A stretch of 64,000 nucleotides of DNA, taken from IMG/VR virus record IMGVR_UViG_3300031753_000002, positions 22,785-86,784 of that record; one strand, 5' to 3'. A program made the position numbers and the translations under genes. The notes under the pieces were generated by a model. It worked only from the letters and a program-made list of their open reading frames with translations, was not told the DNA's origin and ran no database searches. Source of the DNA: a virus. This document shows, piece after piece, positions 57,417 to 64,000 of the stretch. Each line of letters begins with the position of its first letter. The first letter of the stretch is position 1.

Positions 57417-58378
57417 TCGATGGACATAAAGTAATCGCATTCACGCCAGTAGGCCGAAAGAGATATTTGGATTTGCTTATCACCTACATGAAGCGTGAGC
57501 ATGATGTCGGACACATTGACGAATGGATTCTATTCAATAATCCAATCGTGCCAGAAGAAGGTGGTCTAGCCCGCCAAATCAAGAAACAGTTTGGGGATTG
57601 GATCACAATCTTGGAAAACAGTGCATGTGATGATCGAGGTTGGCGACAAACCTCAATCATATCTACTTTCTATAAACAAATTCCGGTAGACCTCGCAGCC
57701 GTCTATATCAGGCTTGATGACGACATTGTTTTTATCGACAAGAATGCAATCGAACGACTTGTGCATTTTCGAATTGCGCATCCGTCACCATTCCTTGTCT
57801 ATCCATCGATCATCAACAACGTCCGTATATGCTGGTACATGCAACAGGCGGGTATTCTCCCCACGGAAGAATTCGGCGATCTAAAAACAACTGATATGTG
57901 GAACTTGATCGCCTGGACAAGTGATAATTTCATTAATAAGCTCCATGCCAAGGCTCTCACCTCGATTGCTAACGGTACTATAGCAAAGGATTTCGAATTG
58001 CCGAGTCGGCATTTCGCTAATTATGAAGACGGCTACATATCGGTCAATAGTTATTGTATCCTAGGCTGTGATCTGGCGTTGTCGTATGAAAATTGTCCCG
58101 GAGACGAAGAGCGATATTTCGCGCTTAATGAGCCTATACGTTTGGGGCGCACCAACGCGATGTGCGGCGATGCTATTATGGTCCACTTTTCCTACCATAA
58201 GCAGGAGGCTTACATGGACCGCACCGGAATGCTCGGCGATTACGCGCGCTTCACCGATCCGGTTGGATTCATGACAACCACATCTCCGCCTCCGCCGATC
58301 GATCCGACGCGCGAACAACGATTTCAGATGACGGCGGAACGTCTGCGACTGATAGATGTGCTCCAAATTCCAGGGTGA
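57413..58378 (+). CDS. GT-A-like glycosyltransferase, copy 2
   Basis: Full-length paralog of 55051..56025 (IRLDDDIVFID). Confidence 0.7.
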   Translation: MIDGHKVIAFTPVGRKRYLDLLITYMKREHDVGHIDEWILFNNPIVPEEGGLARQIKKQFGDWITILENSACDDRGWRQTSIISTFYKQIPVDLAAVYIRLDDDIVFIDKNAIERLVHFRIAHPSPFLVYPSIINNVRICWYMQQAGILPTEEFGDLKTTDMWNLIAWTSDNFINKLHAKALTSIANGTIAKDFELPSRHFANYEDGYISVNSYCILGCDLALSYENCPGDEERYFALNEPIRLGRTNAMCGDAIMVHFSYHKQEAYMDRTGMLGDYARFTDPVGFMTTTSPPPPIDPTREQRFQMTAERLRLIDVLQIPG

Positions 58379-58381
58379 TTC

Positions 58382-59491
58382 ATGAAAATAGCCATTGTAG
58401 GGGCTGGGTTTTCCGGTGCCACTCTTGCATTCAAGCTTCGGGCGGCGGGGCACCAGCCCGAGGTTTTCGAATCGCATTGGCACGTTGGGGGCCATTGCGC
58501 TACGAAGCGCGATCTCGCAACCGGCATCATGATGCACATTTATGGCCCACACATCTTTCATACCGGCAACAAAAAGGTTTGGAATTTTGTGCGCCAATTC
58601 GCCGACATGGTTCCTTTCACGCTTCGGGTCAAAGCCGTCGCGCAGGGTTGTGTCTTTTCATTGCCGATCAATCTTCTGACTATTAATCAGTTTTTCGGAC
58701 GCACAATGCATCCCGCGGAAGCAAGGGAATTCTTTTTATCATTTGGAGTAGGCGCGGCGCCACCGCAGAATTTCGAGGAACAAGCGTTGCAGTTCATCGG
58801 ATGTGACTTGTACGAAGCCTTCATGAAGAACTATACGATCAAACAGTGGGGCCGTCATCCGCGCGAGCTTCCAGCGAGTATCCTGAAACGTCTTCCCGTC
58901 CGTTTTAATTACGATGACAACTATTTCGATCATCCGTATCAAGCTATCCCGCGTGACGGCTACACCGATCTAATCGAGCACATGCTCCACGGATGCATAG
59001 TGTATCTCGGCACGCCATTTTCGCGCTCGCGTGCATCGAATTATGATCACGTCTTTTACACTGGTCCGCTCGACGCATGGTTTGGTTATTCTGCCGGCCG
59101 GCTTCCCTATCGTACGCTTCGGTTTGATCTAGCCCGCTTTGATACGCCAGATGTGCAAGGTGCTCCCGTCATCAACTATTGCGACTCCAATCCCGCGTAT
59201 ACTCGCATCGTTGAGCATAAACATTTTGCGCCTTGGGAAACGCACGCCACGACGATTACGCATAGGGAATACAGCCGAGAATGCGGTCCGGAGGACGACC
59301 CCTATTATCCAGTTCGGCTCGCTACGGACAATACGATGTTGGCGACCTACGAACGACTCGCCGCCGCCGAGCGCAACGTTACTTTCGTCGGGCGCCTAGC
59401 CACATACAATTATATAGATATGGACATAGCCATCGAGCGGGCGCTCGCGGTCGCGGAAAGATTCCTGTCATGCGGGCCGGACCATACATAA
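58382..59491 (+). CDS. glf: UDP-galactopyranose mutase
   Basis: IVGAGFSG, HIYGPHIFHT, KQWG, RLPVR, YTRIVEHKHF, PYYP, GRLATY.Y.DMD. Confidence 0.95.
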   Translation: MKIAIVGAGFSGATLAFKLRAAGHQPEVFESHWHVGGHCATKRDLATGIMMHIYGPHIFHTGNKKVWNFVRQFADMVPFTLRVKAVAQGCVFSLPINLLTINQFFGRTMHPAEAREFFLSFGVGAAPPQNFEEQALQFIGCDLYEAFMKNYTIKQWGRHPRELPASILKRLPVRFNYDDNYFDHPYQAIPRDGYTDLIEHMLHGCIVYLGTPFSRSRASNYDHVFYTGPLDAWFGYSAGRLPYRTLRFDLARFDTPDVQGAPVINYCDSNPAYTRIVEHKHFAPWETHATTITHREYSRECGPEDDPYYPVRLATDNTMLATYERLAAAERNVTFVGRLATYNYIDMDIAIERALAVAERFLSCGPDHT

Positions 59492-59703
59492 TCGAGGTCC
59501 GTTGGGGCAGCGCCGTAGGGGATGAATTCTCCGAAATTCAAACCATATGCGGGACCCTTACCGACGCCAAAAATATTGTGCTAACCTACATGCACAAGCA
59601 TCACCTCACTAGCTTGTCGGAATGGGTAGAAGGTGAACCGGACCAAAACGGCCGCGTTTATTTTGCTCGTGATCACCATGTCATGTTCCGAATTCGGAGC
59701 TAG
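59470..59703 (+). CDS. hypothetical protein
   Basis: Fills the gap in the operon. Confidence 0.45.
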   Translation: MRAGPYIIEVRWGSAVGDEFSEIQTICGTLTDAKNIVLTYMHKHHLTSLSEWVEGEPDQNGRVYFARDHHVMFRIRS

Positions 59704-59705
59704 TC

Positions 59706-60278
59706 ATGAAAGATGTGGCGCTGGTCATAGGTGGCTCCGAAGCTGTCTTCGACGAATACATGGGCGCCGCGGAACTATGCTCCCTCGCTGGCATGGACTA
59801 CGAAACGTTTTGCTGCAACGACATGATCGCCGAGTTTCATCGCGATGTGGATCATGCGGTCACGCTACACCCCGACAAGATGGATATGTGGCGCAACGCC
59901 CGTAATGCTTATGGCCATCCGCCACTGACGCGTGTATGGGGGCACCGCAAATTTATCCGGGGCCGGCATGGCTCGATTGATTGGGGTGCCACGGACGTAT
60001 CGGATGATCTTGGCGGATCAGTCGGTCTCCTCGCCACCAAGATTGCTTACGAACTAGGGCATCGCCGGATCATCCTCTGTGGCGTCCCTATGACTGTCGA
60101 GTCCGGGCATTTCACGCGCAAGCACCGATGGCTCGCGGCTCACGGTTTTCGCAAAGGCTGGAATCGACCGCAAATCACGCGGTGGGCGCCGAGCATCCGC
60201 AGCATGAGTGGGTGGACCCAAGAAAAATTTGGATTTCCTACAGTGGAGTGGCTCAATGCAGTTCACGCTGACGCCTGA
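59706..60278 (+). CDS. Maf/GT29-like (sialyltransferase-like) protein
   Basis: LVIGG, CCND, GGSVGLLA..IA..LG.RRIILCGVPM...HF pattern. Confidence 0.55.
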   Translation: MKDVALVIGGSEAVFDEYMGAAELCSLAGMDYETFCCNDMIAEFHRDVDHAVTLHPDKMDMWRNARNAYGHPPLTRVWGHRKFIRGRHGSIDWGATDVSDDLGGSVGLLATKIAYELGHRRIILCGVPMTVESGHFTRKHRWLAAHGFRKGWNRPQITRWAPSIRSMSGWTQEKFGFPTVEWLNAVHADA

Positions 60279-60621
60279 CCGGATACGCTCGATGTACGAT
60301 TTCCTTGCGTCGTGCCCGCCCTTCGATCGCTGGAATTTGCCGGCCGGTGAAGACGTGACCTTTCGCCGGACCCGAGCCAAGATGGTGCGGGGCTGGTATG
60401 ATAAGCGCAAAGGCAAGCACGTAATCGCTCTCAATCCTCGCTTCATTCTTACTTTGGAGTTAATGATGCGCACGATCGCGCATGAGATGATTCACTTGCA
60501 CGAACAGGAAACCGAGATGGCAACGCGAGAACAGCACACCAAGGCGTTTATGATCCTGTCGCGTCGCGTGTGCAAAGCTTTCGGATGGACCGAAATTACG
60601 GACCACACAGATATGTTGTGA
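60256..60621 (+). CDS. SprT-like zinc metalloprotease
   Basis: TIAHEMIH...H...F motif. Confidence 0.8.
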   Translation: MQFTLTPDRIRSMYDFLASCPPFDRWNLPAGEDVTFRRTRAKMVRGWYDKRKGKHVIALNPRFILTLELMMRTIAHEMIHLHEQETEMATREQHTKAFMILSRRVCKAFGWTEITDHTDML

Positions 60622-60915
60622 AAAATTCAGGACCACGGCAACTCCCACCGAGGGGGCTTGACCCCGCCGGTTAACCATGATACGTCCCGGATGTTGGGAT
60701 GGAATAATCCCGGCTTCCGCCGGTCACATCCTCCGACACTGGCCGGGCGGTTCGAAAGTTCTGCGCAGTCACCACAACCCCGGTCATGTCCTCTCGCTCA
60801 GCGCCGATAGGCGCGCTGCGTAGCCTTTTGATGGCGGGATTTGCGGCGCGAGAGGGCGCTGTTTCATATTCAAAAAGTGCACGTTTCTGTCCACTTTCCA
60901 ACATGAGGCTTGGCC

Positions 60916-61959
60916 ATGACAGTCACCGATGTATCAGTCAACGGCTTGAACGCGATTCGCATGGAGGAAGGCCGCGCATTGCGCGCCTATCAGGATAGTG
61001 TCGGCGTGTGGACGATCGGCTACGGCATCACAAATTTCGACAAGAACATCGAGTTCAAGGTCGAGCGCGGCGCCACGATCACCGCCGAGCAAGCCGAGCA
61101 ACTGCTCTATTCGTCCCTGCAAAAGAACTACTTGCCGGCTGTCTTGCGCGTACTCGACCAGCCGAAACTTACGCACCCGCAAGGTGCCGTTGACGGTGGC
61201 CTTAGCATGCATTTCAACACGGGCGGAATTATAAAAGCATCTTGGCCGGCAAAGCTCAATGCCGGGGATATCGAAGGCGCGCGAGTGAGCTTCGAATCAT
61301 GGAACAAGGCGGGCGGACGCGTCCTGGCCGATCTTGTGCGCCGTCGAGCGCACGAATGGGGCATAATCACTCGCGAGGACTATGGTCACCTGACCGGACC
61401 TGAAATCGAAGACGATCTCGGCCGAGGCATCGGCACGGGCGAGCTTCTGACGGCGCTGCCGGGTCATCCGGCGGGGCCTATCGTGCCCGGCAATGTCGCC
61501 ACGGACGGACCTCCGTCCTCGCCGGCTACCCCAGCGCCCGGCGTCCTGCGGCTCGGCTCGATCGGCCCGGCAGTCCTGGCGGTCCAGAAACAACTTGTCG
61601 CCCTCGGCTACCTCTCCCCGGTGAATAGTACCTTCGACGCCGCCACAGAGATGCAAGTCGGCCAATTCCAGAAAGCGCACCCGAACCTGACCATTGATGG
61701 CATTGTAGGACCTGCCACACGTGCTGCGCTGGCCCGTGCGTTGGCCCTCCGCCAGAAGGCGGCCAATGTCGCCAAGGGCGCAACAGCTACTGTGGCGGCT
61801 TCCGGCGGTCTCTGGCAAGCCTTTGGCGCGCACATCGGGGAAATCGCCTTGGCGATCGGCACAATCGCGCTGGTTGCATGGGGCCTCTATCTCGCGTGGC
61901 AGCACCGCGCGGAAATCGAGGCCATCATCAATAAAAAGCTGGGCCGGGCCACCGTCTAA
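60916..61959 (+). CDS. endolysin: GH24 lysozyme, peptidoglycan-binding domain and C-terminal TM segment
   Basis: EEG...AYQDSVGVWTIGYG triad; L..RRAHE; VQKQL..LGY...FQ...L.IDGIVGPAT. Confidence 0.92.
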   Translation: MTVTDVSVNGLNAIRMEEGRALRAYQDSVGVWTIGYGITNFDKNIEFKVERGATITAEQAEQLLYSSLQKNYLPAVLRVLDQPKLTHPQGAVDGGLSMHFNTGGIIKASWPAKLNAGDIEGARVSFESWNKAGGRVLADLVRRRAHEWGIITREDYGHLTGPEIEDDLGRGIGTGELLTALPGHPAGPIVPGNVATDGPPSSPATPAPGVLRLGSIGPAVLAVQKQLVALGYLSPVNSTFDAATEMQVGQFQKAHPNLTIDGIVGPATRAALARALALRQKAANVAKGATATVAASGGLWQAFGAHIGEIALAIGTIALVAWGLYLAWQHRAEIEAIINKKLGRATV

Positions 61960-62021
61960 AAACCCGGTTGTATTCGAGCAACTGGATGTGCCACAACCTG
62001 ATTCCGAAATTGGAGGTTCCC

Positions 62022-62354
62022 ATGGAACATCTCGCGCTTGAAGGTCTTTGGTTGCTTGCCGCCTTGGGGGCAGCGGTTCTGATTGGCATCTTCGTCGCTC
62101 AGTACGTCAAAGACCTTGTTACCGGCGTTCCGTCCGCGCTCCGCACCGCCCTGTCACAGACAGAAGCAACAGCGCTCGCGGCCATGAAGGAGGCGCACAC
62201 CACGATTGTTGCCAACGTAGCGGCTGCGGTCGCTTCGGCTTCGACGGCACCACCGGCCCCTGTTGTTGTCTTGTCGGTCGGCGCCTCAGGGGCCTCAGGA
62301 GCCTCGGGCGTCATCGGCGCATCGGGCGCATCGGGCGTCCCGGCTCACATGTAA
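62022..62354 (+). CDS. membrane protein with a C-terminal GAS tail
   Basis: GGAGG SD; N-terminal TM; [19 protein letters not shown]. Confidence 0.75.
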   Translation: MEHLALEGLWLLAALGAAVLIGIFVAQYVKDLVTGVPSALRTALSQTEATALAAMKEAHTTIVANVAAAVASASTAPPAPVVVLSVGASGASGASGVIGASGASGVPAHM

Positions 62355-62364
62355 GCGTGCTAAT

Positions 62365-62634
62365 ATGTGGACCTGGGTCACCACGAAGATCAAGGGCTTC
62401 AAGACCTTGATTACATCCGCGGCCGTCGCTGGAGTCGGGATCGTGAATATGGCCGGGGGCCTCGATCTCCGCCCTCTATTCTCGTATTTCGTCAAGGATG
62501 AATCCCAGCTTGGTGCCATCATGGTAATGCTCGGGATCATATTTGCCGTTCTGCGGGTCATCTCAACCACACCGATCGGGCAGGCTGAAAACCTCCCTCA
62601 GACCGTACCAATGAAGATTGACGCAGGAGTATGA
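62365..62634 (+). CDS. holin-like two-TM protein
   Basis: KGFKT, two TM segments, LR..STTP.G motif. Confidence 0.65.
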   Translation: MWTWVTTKIKGFKTLITSAAVAGVGIVNMAGGLDLRPLFSYFVKDESQLGAIMVMLGIIFAVLRVISTTPIGQAENLPQTVPMKIDAGV

Positions 62635-62725
62635 AAAATGGACCCCATTCCTATCCTACTCCTAATTTGCGGCAGTGTTCTTATCTTTGGAGTTGTCTTG
62701 ATCCTCTTCTCTCGGGCGGAATAGC

Positions 62726-63157
62726 ATGCTTACAGGCCTTCTCGGTTTACTCGGTATCATCCCGGCGGCGCTCAATACAATCAATGGCATAACAAACGCT
62801 ATTGCCAATGAACGCATTGCATTGATCAACGCGAAGACCGAGCAAGAGCGCATCCAAATCCAAGAACGAATCAACGCGCTAACGGCACGGTCTAATGTGC
62901 TGATCGCCGAATCGCGAACGCCGTCCGGCATTTGGAACGCGCGCATGCGATTCTTCATGGCGATCGGGCCGGCAGCCGTCATGTTCAAGCTTCTCTTTTG
63001 GGACAAGGTTGTCGGCAGCTTAGTCGGCTGTTCCGGCGTGACCGCTCCCGGGACCTGCGGCATCTTTATCACCGACCCCCTCGACGCGCATCAGTGGTAC
63101 GCCATCACGGCCGCCATTTGCTTCTATTTCGCCGCCGACGCCTACAGCAATAAGTGA
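62726..63157 (+). CDS. 3TM holin-like protein
   Basis: Hydrophobic N-terminus, coiled coil, K...WDK, FYF terminal motif. Confidence 0.6.
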   Translation: MLTGLLGLLGIIPAALNTINGITNAIANERIALINAKTEQERIQIQERINALTARSNVLIAESRTPSGIWNARMRFFMAIGPAAVMFKLLFWDKVVGSLVGCSGVTAPGTCGIFITDPLDAHQWYAITAAICFYFAADAYSNK

Positions 63158-63173
63158 CCTATGGGGACCGGGA

Positions 63174-63602
63174 ATGAAAATCCGTTCGATTTTCACGTTG
63201 ACGCTTTCGGCGCCTATGATGGTTCTCTATGCCGCCATTCTTCACTTGGTTTGGGCGACCACGTTTTATATCAATGAAGCCGCGGGGAACGGGACGGGGC
63301 TTCACGCCGTTTCCCTCTTGGTCCCGGTGGCCGGACTGTTGCCACTCTTGATACTCGCCAGTATCGCCGCCCTGATCGGCGCGTTTTTCAATTTCCCTGG
63401 TAGCCACTATCTGTTGCTTCCGCAACAGGTGCTCTTGCTTATCTCCGCGACCGGAGCAATTACGGCGATGTGGCTCGGGCATTTCGCGGATGGTGTGGAG
63501 CGGTCGCATGCATTCATCATCGCGGACCAAGCGTACGTCGTCTTGACGGCCGTAAGTCACACTCTCGCTTTGGTGTTCTACTATTTCAGCAAAGCGGAGT
63601 GA
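63174..63602 (+). CDS. multi-pass membrane protein
   Basis: About four hydrophobic segments. Confidence 0.65.
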   Translation: MKIRSIFTLTLSAPMMVLYAAILHLVWATTFYINEAAGNGTGLHAVSLLVPVAGLLPLLILASIAALIGAFFNFPGSHYLLLPQQVLLLISATGAITAMWLGHFADGVERSHAFIIADQAYVVLTAVSHTLALVFYYFSKAE

Positions 63603-63607
63603 TCCAG

Positions 63608-63793
63608 ATGGATGAACTCGACAATTTCACCCCGGACCAAAAGCGCCGCCTTCTGAAAATGTTGGAGGCGCATGAGCGCGCGACATGGCTCTGGACCGGC
63701 GTCGGAATTTGGGCGAAATGGATCGTATCCGTTGCCGCCGCCGTCGCCGTTCTCAAGGCCGCGCTGTCCGGCTACTTTGGGAGCTTCAAATGA
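63608..63793 (+). CDS. small membrane protein
   Basis: GGAG SD; C-terminal TM. Confidence 0.65.
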   Translation: MDELDNFTPDQKRRLLKMLEAHERATWLWTGVGIWAKWIVSVAAAVAVLKAALSGYFGSFK

Positions 63794-64000
63794 CGACGGA
63801 CGAAATCCTCAGCTTGGCAGAAAAGCGGGTAAAGGGGCAGAGCCGGACCTCGATCGTCGCTGCCATCATATCCATGGCCTTTGTGGCGCCCGCGATGTGG
63901 ATGATGCTCGATCGCACGCCGCCGTATATCCGCGTATCCGGCTCGATCACACCGACCGAAGCTTCGCCGGGCGAAACAGTCTCGGCTCATTGGACGATTC
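63790..64000 (+). CDS. membrane-anchored protein, truncated by the window end
   Basis: ATGA coupling; TM segment then LDRTPP. Confidence 0.6.
   Translation, partial: MTTDEILSLAEKRVKGQSRTSIVAAIISMAFVAPAMWMMLDRTPPYIRVSGSITPTEASPGETVSAHWTI

Noticed and set aside
52041-60278. Bacterial LPS/capsule locus marking a prophage boundary
   Set aside because: The cluster is co-oriented and tightly packed between tail and lysis genes, contains a phage HNH gene, and lacks wzx/wzy/ABC export genes.
1-64000. Integrase, repressor or DNA polymerase genes
   Set aside because: None is recognisable in this window, so lifestyle cannot be determined.

Overview
The window is a large part of a tailed dsDNA phage genome (siphovirus-like, GC-rich). 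A Usg-family gene, a DUF3309-like gene and CtrA-type TTAA motifs point to an alphaproteobacterial host. Layout: (1) 1-5.2 kb, replication genes (HIRAN, MazG-like, Prim-Pol/P-loop primase-helicase). (2) 5.3-6.6 kb, AT-rich non-coding region with direct and inverted repeats. (3) 6.7-12.3 kb, small early genes and a tRNA-like RNA with a large insert. (4) 12.3-18.6 kb, small low-complexity proteins, six of which start with the same M(A)KDAKGHGS-type leader. (5) 18.7-51.8 kb, terminase, portal, a split MuF-like region with two zincin-like genes, scaffold, GT4, major capsid, fibre, neck and tail genes. (6) 52-60.3 kb, a glycan cluster (GT9-like, GT-A-like, two NDP-sugar SDRs, glf, Maf-like). (7) lysis and membrane genes. 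The two best candidates for undescribed systems are the shared-leader (KDAKGHGS / RDxHGRWT) cargo-protein array, possibly a capsid-loading signal, and a phage glycosylation pathway whose acceptors may be GAS/GAT tags found in at least 10 proteins. All family names come from motif recognition by eye; no database searches were run.
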